Source of the DNA: Fibrobacter succinogenes subsp. succinogenes S85
GTDB taxonomy: Bacteria; Fibrobacterota; Fibrobacteria; Fibrobacterales; Fibrobacteraceae
Direction of reading: 5' to 3'
NCBI RefSeq assembly: GCF_000146505.1
Contig: NC_017448.1
Coordinates: forward strand, 3,210,001 to 3,242,000
DNA length: 32,000 nucleotides
Part shown: positions 23,519 to 31,083 of the stretch, in pieces
Layout of the letters: every line of letters begins with the position of its first letter
Position numbering within the stretch: position 1 is the first letter of the stretch
Notes under the pieces: generated by a model
Database searches by the model: none
What the model saw: only the letters and a program-made list of their open reading frames with translations
Told to the model about the DNA's origin: nothing
Made by a program: the position numbers and the translations under genes

Positions 23519-24586
23519 CTAGTTCAGCTCCATCAAAATCAACTTACGAGTGATGTTGTTTTTCTTGGTTTCTGCAATCGGTTTCAGGATCTGTCTAATC
23601 TTGGTGTAGACTTCCTGGGAATCCTTGTACTTCAAGGGGTTGGCGTAGATGACAAAGTCAAGTGTCTTGGCGGTCATCACGTTTACTTTCACAGAGCTAA
23701 AGTTGCTCTTGAGTCCCTTCATGATGGCATCGTGCAAGTCTTCGGTCTGGCTATCGGAGTATTCGCCCTTGATGTTCACGACGACCTTGTACTGAGTCCC
23801 CTTGGCGAAGTCCATCTTCCAGTAGCCGAGAATTTTCTGTTCAAGTCCGGGCATTGCCTTGCGGACTGCGGCACCGATGTTTGAATTGATGTTGATTTTG
23901 GAAGTATGGCCGTTGTTACGGACGACGGAGGTCTGCGAACCGAGGAGGCGTGCCGTCGATGTCTCGTAAGCGGAAACTTCAACAGAGACTTCGTCATTCG
24001 TCACTTCTGGGGTGTATTTGATATAGATGTCTGCATCGAGAGCAATTCCCGCGAGATAAGACAAATCATCTTCGGTGTTGGCGATGTCGCTCTGCATCTG
24101 GAGGATGCTGGTCAGTTCGGCCTGGCCGTTTACAGACTTGACCTCGTAATTCTTCTTGGTGAGATAGCTATTAATGGCTTCTGCCGTTGTGCGAGAGTAC
24201 GGGCTTTCGCTAGAGAGGTCTGGAACGCCGTCCTTGAGGGTCAAGTTGGGAGAGACCATGATAATCGGAGTCCCGACATCCTGGATGGCGCTTGCTGTGG
24301 CATAAGTTTCTGTAGTGGCTTCTGCTGCAGCGGCGGCTTTTTGACTTACAGCCTTCGTCGGAGCGCTTGCGTTAAATGCCGTAGGTGCCGTTGCGGTTGA
24401 TTTTACAGCAGAATTTGTGGTAGAGGCAAATCCGTCGAGTTCGTTATAGGCGCTTTCTGCTCTTTGGCGGGTGGCTGCGTTTTTTTGGCGTGCATCTGAA
24501 TCATTTTGTTTTACGGCGTGAGGCGCAGAACAGGCTGTTTCGGCCAGGAGGAGTGCTAAGCAGAGAGATGGAATCAAGTGTCTCAT
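23519..24586 (-). CDS. Secreted (possibly lipidated) protein with an Ala/Thr-rich linker and two alpha/beta-like domains
   Basis: Signal peptide with Cys20 (LLLAETAC|S, a non-canonical lipobox). Low-complexity aa 25-100. TPIIMVSPNL...AINSYL segment. No family recognised with confidence. Confidence 0.65.
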   Translation of the reverse strand: MRHLIPSLCLALLLAETACSAPHAVKQNDSDARQKNAATRQRAESAYNELDGFASTTNSAVKSTATAPTAFNASAPTKAVSQKAAAAAEATTETYATASAIQDVGTPIIMVSPNLTLKDGVPDLSSESPYSRTTAEAINSYLTKKNYEVKSVNGQAELTSILQMQSDIANTEDDLSYLAGIALDADIYIKYTPEVTNDEVSVEVSAYETSTARLLGSQTSVVRNNGHTSKININSNIGAAVRKAMPGLEQKILGYWKMDFAKGTQYKVVVNIKGEYSDSQTEDLHDAIMKGLKSNFSSVKVNVMTAKTLDFVIYANPLKYKDSQEVYTKIRQILKPIAETKKNNITRKLILMELN

Positions 24587-24619
24587 GTTACAAGTATCTC
24601 TTTAAAGGTTTCCTACATT

Positions 24620-24640
24620 TTGTATACAGATAATATACAA
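24620..24640. promoter_or_regulatory. 7-7-7 palindrome in the divergent AT-rich promoter region
   Basis: TTGTATA-CAGATAA-TATACAA, 34 nt upstream of the 23519..24586 start codon. Confidence 0.3.
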
Positions 24641-24837
24641 TGTTTTGTGTTCAGAAGTAAACAAATAATACGATTTGTAAAATACTTTTTTTAAGAGTTG
24701 CTATCAAAGCGAAATTTGGATATATATATCTATAAGACTACGTTTATTAAAAAGAATTGCTGGTAATGGAAAATTTATCAACAATTATGTAGTTTGGAGT
24801 GTGTTTTTGTAGGTCCTTCACATGAGTGAGGTTGAAT

Positions 24838-25476
24838 ATGAGCGAAAAATGGATCTGGTTGCCCGACTGGGCCTCAAATCTCGGGATTTGGGAAGACGAT
24901 CTGATGGACGTAGCTCCTTCAGCAAACCATAATTATGTGCAGTACAGCCAGTTGGCTGAGTATTTAGAAAAGCCGGAGGAAATTCCGGAGTTCAAGAAGG
25001 CCTCTACGGTGGTAGCCTGGGGACTTGGTGCGCTATCGCTGATGTGCTCAACGGCGGGTCCGCAAAAGGGACAAAAGTGGATCTTGCTTTCACCGTATGC
25101 AGATTTTTGCGATGAAATAGGCAACTGGACCGTTCCGAACCTGCACTTTATGGCTCACCAGCTTGAAACGACCACGGAACCTGCCCTCAAAGCTTTCATG
25201 GAGCTCTTTGAGGATGATTTTGGCGACTGGCAGGACGACTGGTTTGATGAAGCCAAGAAGTACGATGCCGAATCGCTTGCCAAAGGCTTGATGTACCTGG
25301 CATCGCACAAGGTGGAATCTGTAATCCCGAACAGCGAGAATATCCAGGTGCTTTATGGGCGACTGGATGCGACTGTTCAACCGGAATGGACGTTGAAGCT
25401 CAAGGAATTCTTGCCTAAAGCCGAATTCAAGGAACGCCCCAAAGCCGGCCACTGGCCACCGATGCTGTTGCTTTAA
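24838..25476 (+). CDS. BioH-like alpha/beta-hydrolase-fold protein lacking the nucleophile serine
   Basis: Block-by-block resemblance to E. coli BioH. WIWLPDWASNLGIW vs LVLLHGWGLNAEVW. VVAWGLGALS vs WLGWSLGGLV. LYGRLDATV vs LYGYLDGLV. KAGHWPPM vs KAAHAPFI. ATG 24838 is preferred over the ORF track's GTG 24826. Confidence 0.7.
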   Translation: MSEKWIWLPDWASNLGIWEDDLMDVAPSANHNYVQYSQLAEYLEKPEEIPEFKKASTVVAWGLGALSLMCSTAGPQKGQKWILLSPYADFCDEIGNWTVPNLHFMAHQLETTTEPALKAFMELFEDDFGDWQDDWFDEAKKYDAESLAKGLMYLASHKVESVIPNSENIQVLYGRLDATVQPEWTLKLKEFLPKAEFKERPKAGHWPPMLLL

Positions 25477-25479
25477 GAG

Positions 25480-25582
25480 GTGTGGGGGGATGGGCTCGGG
25501 GCTAAAGCTCCTTTGGGCTATGGGCTATAGCTCAAAAGCTCAGAGCGAAGCGACCTGAGAGTGCGAAGCACGACCCCATAGC
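25480..25582. repeat. Family 2 elements between convergent genes; the last 45 nt abut the lnt stop codon
   Basis: GATGGGCTCG-GGGCTAAAGCTCC-TTTGGGCTATGGGCTATAGC..., then 25538-25582, whose reverse complement is GCTATGGGGTCGTGCTTCGCACTCTCAGGTCGCTTCGCTCTGAGC. Confidence 0.9.
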
Positions 25583-27526
25583 TTAATCTAGCTTCTTGTA
25601 ATTAAACTTTTTGAGCTTTGCGACCGCAAATAGTGCGACAAGGTAAATCGCAAAGAACCAGAGCAGTGCGGTTTCGACAAATTCACCGACAGAAGTGTAG
25701 AAGGTGCTCCTCGTCTTGAGGGGCATTTTTCTTTGGATGACGCGCGTCTCAAAAATTCCGGTGTTCTGGTCGTAGTGTCCGTACTGGTCAATGAATGCCG
25801 ATACACCGCTGTTAGCAAGGCGTGCCACCGGATAACCGTATGTGACGGCCAAATGGCGCACGATGTTCAGGTGCTGGAATGGAGCGGTGCTGCGGCCGAA
25901 CCAGCCGTCGTTTGTAATGTTCACCATCAGGCGGGAGCCTGCACGAATTGCTTCTCGGATAAGGTCTCCGAAGATGGCGTCGTAGCAGATGTATGGCGTC
26001 CAGTTGTAAGGGCCGTAAACGGGCGTTTCCTTTCCGGGAACAAAGTCGCCTTCACCGAGGTCCACGTAATTCAAGATGGGAAACACGTCGTCAAAGGGAA
26101 TGCGCTCGCTAAAAGGAACGAGATGTTTCTTGATATAGCGTTGCGGAAAATCGGAATTGCCTGGAGTAAAGAGGAATGCTGCGTTGTAGATTTCAAACCG
26201 GCGCGGGTTGTTGATGTCGTCCGAGACGCGCTTGTAGTCAAGCGCACCCGTGAGAATGCTAGAGTTTCTCATGTCGGCCATCTGGTGCAAACGTCTTTGG
26301 ACTAAAGGCTGTCTGCGGATGTGGTCTGGGATGGCAGTTTCGGCGAGGAGGATCAGGTTGGTGCCTGGTTGAACGCTGTCCAAAGCCATGTTGAATGTCT
26401 TTGTGATAATGGAATCAAAACGGGCTTTGCTCCACTTGGCGCCTTGGGCAATGCTTGGTTGTACCATCGCGATGGATGGATTTTCAGGTGCGCTTGCGTT
26501 GTAGTACGGAGCGGCTTCTGGTGATGAAAGCACGCAAGAGCCGTGAATCAAAAGTGTCATGAAAATCACGAACGGAACAGCAAAGAGTGCGAGCTTCTTG
26601 CGGCCTTTCTGCAAGAATGCGTAAGCGACAACTTGGTTCGAGGTGACGATCAGGATTGTGTAGCCGAAAACGCCAATGATGGAAAGCGCTTGGATCAGTT
26701 CAAGGTGATTGCCGAATGTGTAACCGAGGTGGTTCCACGGGAAAGCAAAATCACCGTGCGTGCGGAACATTTCGATTGATGCAAAGAAAACGGGGAAGAG
26801 TACGAGTAAGTACGCTTTGCCTTTAATCTTTAAATTCTTTGCGGTAGAGTAAGCAAATGCGGCGAGGACGTTGAACAAGCTTAAGTAGGCGATGAGGAGA
26901 ATGAGCCCAAGGAAGATAAGTCCCGAAGGTGCTGTCTCGACATTCATCACATTGCGGATCCAATAGTAATTGATGGTGTTGTAGACCATGCTCGCCCAGA
27001 ACGTCGCAAAGACGGCGGTCTCGCGATTGTACTTGTTGAGCATGATGAACCACGGCACAAGTAAAACGAGAGTGGCAGGGCCAAGAGGCAACGGCGGGAA
27101 TGCAAATGCGAGAAATCCCCAGGAAATTACTGCTAAGGCGATTGCGATGCGTGCTTCTTTTTGCTTAAATAGCTTGACGTTCCAGCGGATGAACAATGCA
27201 AACCAGTAAAGCGTCATCGGGATGAACGTTGTGACAATCTGGAAAAGCCCGGCATGGCTGCGTGTAAGGTAATCCAACGCAAGGAACGCAAAGACGATAA
27301 TGCCGTATGTGTTCATGAACCGTGCAAACGGACGGCGTGCGTTCTTGAAGAACAAAAATGGGATGGCAGCAGCGATGGGCAAAAGCTGTGGGCGTTGCAG
27401 GTAAAGCCCAGGCGTATCAGGACGCAACAGGAACAGTACAAATTCAATCGCCACTAGAACCGAAACGTAAACCTTGTACGCTCGCGGAAGAGTCTTCAGT
27501 TTATTTAAAATTTGATTAGAAGTCAT
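25583..27526 (-). CDS. lnt: Apolipoprotein N-acyltransferase with ~125-aa N-terminal membrane extension
   Basis: Multi-TM N-terminal half. The C-terminal CN-hydrolase domain has LILLAETAIP (Glu), YIKKHLVPFSERIP (Lys) and PYICYDAIF (Cys). 647 aa versus ~510 aa for E. coli Lnt. Confidence 0.88.
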   Translation of the reverse strand: MTSNQILNKLKTLPRAYKVYVSVLVAIEFVLFLLRPDTPGLYLQRPQLLPIAAAIPFLFFKNARRPFARFMNTYGIIVFAFLALDYLTRSHAGLFQIVTTFIPMTLYWFALFIRWNVKLFKQKEARIAIALAVISWGFLAFAFPPLPLGPATLVLLVPWFIMLNKYNRETAVFATFWASMVYNTINYYWIRNVMNVETAPSGLIFLGLILLIAYLSLFNVLAAFAYSTAKNLKIKGKAYLLVLFPVFFASIEMFRTHGDFAFPWNHLGYTFGNHLELIQALSIIGVFGYTILIVTSNQVVAYAFLQKGRKKLALFAVPFVIFMTLLIHGSCVLSSPEAAPYYNASAPENPSIAMVQPSIAQGAKWSKARFDSIITKTFNMALDSVQPGTNLILLAETAIPDHIRRQPLVQRRLHQMADMRNSSILTGALDYKRVSDDINNPRRFEIYNAAFLFTPGNSDFPQRYIKKHLVPFSERIPFDDVFPILNYVDLGEGDFVPGKETPVYGPYNWTPYICYDAIFGDLIREAIRAGSRLMVNITNDGWFGRSTAPFQHLNIVRHLAVTYGYPVARLANSGVSAFIDQYGHYDQNTGIFETRVIQRKMPLKTRSTFYTSVGEFVETALLWFFAIYLVALFAVAKLKKFNYKKLD

Positions 27527-27531
27527 TTTTA

Positions 27532-27679
27532 GCTATGGGGTCGGCGCGTTGCGCCTTTGGGGTCGCTTCGCTTTGAGGTTGTCTGGTATGGGATTGTGAG
27601 GTTGAGTGCTTTTTAGAATTTGCTCATAGCCGAAAGCGTAGCGTGCTCAGAGAGCGAAGCTCGACCTCATGCCCGAATC
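27532..27679. repeat. Family 2 composite filling the rsmI-lnt spacer
   Basis: 27532-27578: GCTATGGGGTCGGCGCGTTGCGCCTTTGGGGTCGCTTCGCTTTGAGG. Then GGTATGGGATTGTGAGGTTGAGTGC / TTTTTAGAATTT / an inverted arm containing AAAGCGTAGCGTGCTCA (27633-27649). Confidence 0.9.
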
Positions 27680-28363
27680 TCACAGTCCGCTTTTATCTTG
27701 GGGATTGAACACGAGTACGAATTCGCCTTTAGGCGGGTGCGATTTGAAGTGCGCGGAAATTTCCGTCGGCGTTCCGATGAGGTGTTCCTCGAACTTCTTG
27801 GTGAGCTCGCGCATTAACGCAATCTTGATATCGCCAAAGACAAGCTTGATTTCTTCAACGAACTTGTCGATGTTGTGCGGGCTCGCGTAGAAAATCTGCG
27901 TCGCTTCTTCGTCTTTCAATTTCTCGAGCAAGTGGATGCGCTGGGCGCTCTTCTTGGGAGAGAAATACTGGAACGTAAAGTGGTCGGTCGGCATGCCGCA
28001 AGAGACGAGTGCAGTAATCATCGCGCACGGACCCGGGATGGCGCGGACATCAATGCCTTCGCGGACGCATTCTCGCACAAGGTTGAATGCTGGGTCTGCA
28101 ACGCCGGGCGTTCCCGCATCGCTGACGAGAGCGATGTCGCCGGTGTTCTTCAAAAAGTCAACGTACTTGGGTGTGACCTTTTCTTTGTTGAAGTCATGGT
28201 AGGCTTCCATGGGCGTCGTGATGCCGTAATTGTCAAAGAGAATTCTCGAATGGCGGGTGTCTTCGGCAAGGACGAGGGGAACTTCCTTAAGAATGCGCAC
28301 AGCGCGGTAGGTGATATCTTCCATGTTCCCGATGGGAGTCGCTACGATGTATAAAGTATGCAT
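27680..28363 (-). CDS. rsmI: 16S rRNA (cytidine1402-2'-O)-methyltransferase
   Basis: LYIVATPIGNMEDITYRAVRILKEVPLVLAEDTRHS...ALVSDAGTPGVADPAF...IPGPCA, all canonical RsmI motifs. Confidence 0.93.
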   Translation of the reverse strand: MHTLYIVATPIGNMEDITYRAVRILKEVPLVLAEDTRHSRILFDNYGITTPMEAYHDFNKEKVTPKYVDFLKNTGDIALVSDAGTPGVADPAFNLVRECVREGIDVRAIPGPCAMITALVSCGMPTDHFTFQYFSPKKSAQRIHLLEKLKDEEATQIFYASPHNIDKFVEEIKLVFGDIKIALMRELTKKFEEHLIGTPTEISAHFKSHPPKGEFVLVFNPQDKSGL

Positions 28364-28384
28364 ATTGCTCTATAAAATAGTAAA

Positions 28385-28419
28385 TAGAACTTAGAGCTTA
28401 GAACTTAGAGCTTAGAACT
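28385..28419 (+). repeat. Tandem heptamer array alternating TAGAACT/TAGAGCT (5 units)
   Basis: TAGAACT TAGAGCT TAGAACT TAGAGCT TAGAACT, 22 nt upstream of the rsmI ATG. Confidence 0.95.
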
Positions 28420-28445
28420 TTGCTTTTTCCTCTAAGTTCTGCCAA

Positions 28446-28497
28446 CTAAGTTCTAAGAGCGAAGCGGGCTAAGTTCAGCCAACTGCGGCGAAGCCGC
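28446..28497. repeat. 52-nt family 1 element, copy 3 (overlaps the stop codon of 28497..29063 by 1 nt)
   Basis: CTAAGTTCTAAGAGCGAAGCGGGCTAAGTTCAGCCAACTGCGGCGAAGCCGC. Preceded by an extra CTCTAAGTTCTGCCAA partial unit at 28430-28445. Confidence 0.95.
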
Positions 28498-29063
28498 TAA
28501 TAATCACTCACGCTGTTCAAATCTGTGAGTCTGTTCCCGTTGAGTTCAAATGCCAAGCGCTGCACTAGCTTGCGGTGCATTTCATTGGACGCCTTGTTCA
28601 CGAGGTCTGTGCGGAGTCGCCCGTATAAAATGGCGTTAATGTCTTGCTGCTCAATGAATTCCACATGGCGTACGAGCGTTCCGTTGCAAAAGATGCGTGC
28701 CGATAGTTCGTATGTCCAGGATTCATTGACGGGGAGGATGGGCCACAGCGGAATGAGGACTCCAATGTTCCAGGCGGAGTTCGGTTCGTTCTGATGGACT
28801 GTCGCCTTGATGGTTGCCTCTCCACGGCAGGATTCTCGTGAAAACTCTTTTTCACTTGCAGCTTTGGTGTAGGCCCGGAGCAAATCTTGCGAGAGTTCTA
28901 GCGAATCGCCCCCATATATAAAGGGAATGTTCCCGAAGAAACTGTAATTTTCTTCAGTTAGCGGGATCCCTTCGAGGTCGCCTTGCGTGAGATTCATGGA
29001 GCACCCGGAGAGAATGGCTGCAAAAGCGATAGCTAGACATGAAAATTTGACGATGGAGCGCAT
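28497..29063 (-). CDS. Small lipoprotein of unknown function
   Basis: Canonical lipobox ILSGC|S. 188 aa. No recognisable family. Confidence 0.65.
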   Translation of the reverse strand: MRSIVKFSCLAIAFAAILSGCSMNLTQGDLEGIPLTEENYSFFGNIPFIYGGDSLELSQDLLRAYTKAASEKEFSRESCRGEATIKATVHQNEPNSAWNIGVLIPLWPILPVNESWTYELSARIFCNGTLVRHVEFIEQQDINAILYGRLRTDLVNKASNEMHRKLVQRLAFELNGNRLTDLNSVSDY

Positions 29064-29115
29064 ATCTCAAAGATATAAAAAAACGAACGGCTCTGATTTT
29101 ATTTAGATTGTGTCT

Positions 29116-29835
29116 ATGGAATTGCCTGCTTATTTTATTAGTGATGCTCATTTGGGAATCGACCCGCCGGGAGCTGTCCCTGGTAGGGAACAGAAATTGA
29201 TCCAGCTTTTATCATCTTGGAAGGGCAAGGCGAGCCATGTCGTCATTGTTGGCGACCTTTTTGAATTTTGGTACGAATACAATTATTATGTGGCTTCTGC
29301 GCATTTTGAATTGTATCGTGCTTTTGCTGAACTTGTGGAATCTGGAGTCGAAGTCCATCTTTTGCAGGGGAATCACGACTTTGCGTACGAGGATTTTTTC
29401 CCGAAGCATCTGGGCGTGGCGGTCCATAAATCGCTGATTCTGGAAATTCAGGGAAAGCGTTTGTTCTTCACGCATGGTGATGGCGTGCCGAAATCCGATC
29501 GCGGCTACCGCTTTATGCGGCGTGTTTTGGATTTTCCTCTGAACCGGTTCCTTTTCAAGCAAATCCACCCGGATTGGGGAATGGGGCTAGCCCGCTTTGT
29601 CGGGCGTAATAGTCGTAAATACGGAGAAACCCGTACGCTTAAGCTTGAGGAGTATATTGAATGGGGTGATCGCATGCTGAAAAAGGAAAAATGCGATTAC
29701 TGCATCCACGGACACCACCATATATCGGGCATCTGGAACACGCCAAACGGCATTGTGGCATCCCCAGGCGAGTTTATAAAAAAGCCCGCCATCCTCTGCT
29801 TGGAGAATGGCGGACTGAAATTGGTTTCAATTTAG
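29116..29835 (+). CDS. lpxH: UDP-2,3-diacylglucosamine diphosphatase (LpxH-type metallophosphoesterase)
   Basis: FISDAHLG, VIVGDLFEFWYEY, LLQGNHDF, FFTHGDG, CIHGHHH. This is the calcineurin-like motif order of LpxH. ATG 29116; GTG 29110 is also possible. Confidence 0.8.
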   Translation: MELPAYFISDAHLGIDPPGAVPGREQKLIQLLSSWKGKASHVVIVGDLFEFWYEYNYYVASAHFELYRAFAELVESGVEVHLLQGNHDFAYEDFFPKHLGVAVHKSLILEIQGKRLFFTHGDGVPKSDRGYRFMRRVLDFPLNRFLFKQIHPDWGMGLARFVGRNSRKYGETRTLKLEEYIEWGDRMLKKEKCDYCIHGHHHISGIWNTPNGIVASPGEFIKKPAILCLENGGLKLVSI

Positions 29836-29844
29836 CGGAGCTTG

Positions 29845-30276
29845 TTATTCGCCGGTTTCGCTAGCGCGACCTTCTGTGGACTGAACCATCTTCTTGCTGG
29901 AGTTTTCACCCCAGAGCTTTGCGACGAGGTCTATGCTTGCAAATTCCTGCCAATACTCTTCAACCCAGCACCAGTGGTGGACTTCGCCTTTTTCATCGGT
30001 GATTGTCCAGTTCTTGTGTACCGAGAAGGTCATTTTCTGAGCCTGCGGGGTATAGTAAGGATCGGACGATTGTTCCGGTTCAATGGTGATTGTCCAAGTC
30101 CTGTCTGCGGTGCGCTTGTAGATAGCCACGTTAAACGCCACAAGCAGGACTAAGGTGATGATGCTCCACTTGAAGTTCTTCTTCGTCAGCAGGTATATTA
30201 AAAGCAGGACTAATAATATAGTGAGTGCTGCGAAGTTGTAATGGGTCGGATAAAATACTTTGAAGACTTCAATCAT
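29845..30276 (-). CDS. Small membrane protein (2 TM helices plus ~85-aa soluble domain), unknown function
   Basis: Two hydrophobic helices (AALTILLVLLLIYLL, IITLVLLVAFNVAIY). GAGGTA Shine-Dalgarno. Starts 28 nt downstream of the 30305..31042 gene, so probably co-transcribed. Confidence 0.6.
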   Translation of the reverse strand: MIEVFKVFYPTHYNFAALTILLVLLLIYLLTKKNFKWSIITLVLLVAFNVAIYKRTADRTWTITIEPEQSSDPYYTPQAQKMTFSVHKNWTITDEKGEVHHWCWVEEYWQEFASIDLVAKLWGENSSKKMVQSTEGRASETGE

Positions 30277-30304
30277 TTTATCGTACCTCTAGAACTTTGG
30301 GAGA

Positions 30305-31042
30305 TTACTTCTTCTTTGCAGCCTTCTGCTGAGCAACGAGAGCAGCGACGCTGAACGTGAGGACGTTCTTGTCGACCTGGCTTTCAGTACGGAAGCTCTT
30401 GAGCGGAAGTGCGATGCCGTGAGAAGAAAGCGTACCCATGAAGGAAGCATTGGCGTGGCTAGCAATGGTACGGACGTTGATGAAGCCCTTGTTCTTGCTG
30501 AAAGTGAGCTTGAAGGTCTTCTTGGCTGCATTGTATTCTGCAACCATCGTCTTGTTTTCCTTGGTATTCAAAGCATTCTTGGTGTTGTGGTCAAAAATGA
30601 TGGTACCACGGGTGTCAATGGAGAGCATGGTCTTGTTGCCCACTGCGTTACGGCAGGCGAGAGTCGTCCATTCGCCCTTCTTCTTTGCGCCCTTGGCGGT
30701 GAAGACATACTTGTTGCCTTCCTTGACGAGAGTGTAAGCACCGGTTGCAACCTGGAGACCGATGGCATTGAAAGCGCCCTTGAAATAAAGGAACTTGGAC
30801 TTGGAACCGACAATACCGTTGATGAAACGGAAAGAAGTGGACTTCGGGGTCTTAATCGGCGTGATAGCCACGCGCTTGCCAACCGGGTCGACTTCGACAT
30901 CTACATAAGGACCAACATCAACGGTACGACCATCTTCGGTCTTTGTCTGAGTGGCGAGCTTGTCGAGCTTGAGAGCCTTGACTGCTTCTTCCGGGAATCT
31001 GATGAAACCACGGACGTCCATTTTAACAATTACGTTTTCCAT
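30305..31042 (-). CDS. Lys-rich cytoplasmic protein made of two homologous ~120-aa halves; AbrB/MraZ-like motif at the start of each half
   Basis: The halves align as follows. VKMDVRGFIRFPEEAVKAL / LSIDTRGTIIFDHNTKNAL. VEVDPVGKRVAITPIK / VAEYNAAKKTFKLTFSK. FKGAFNAIGLQV / FMGTLSSHGIAL. AAGAGGTG Shine-Dalgarno and a consensus-like promoter lie upstream. Confidence 0.7.
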   Translation of the reverse strand: MENVIVKMDVRGFIRFPEEAVKALKLDKLATQTKTEDGRTVDVGPYVDVEVDPVGKRVAITPIKTPKSTSFRFINGIVGSKSKFLYFKGAFNAIGLQVATGAYTLVKEGNKYVFTAKGAKKKGEWTTLACRNAVGNKTMLSIDTRGTIIFDHNTKNALNTKENKTMVAEYNAAKKTFKLTFSKNKGFINVRTIASHANASFMGTLSSHGIALPLKSFRTESQVDKNVLTFSVAALVAQQKAAKKK

Positions 31043-31083
31043 TTACACCTCTTTTGTTTTTTTGTTTGTTTTTGATTGACGAT

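Noticed and set aside
25538-27578. A transposon or mobile cassette carrying lnt, flanked by inverted repeats.
   Set aside because: There is no transposase or integrase and no target-site duplication that I could see. The cargo is an essential housekeeping gene, and the same repeat family is scattered through other spacers. It is reported as a structural observation instead.
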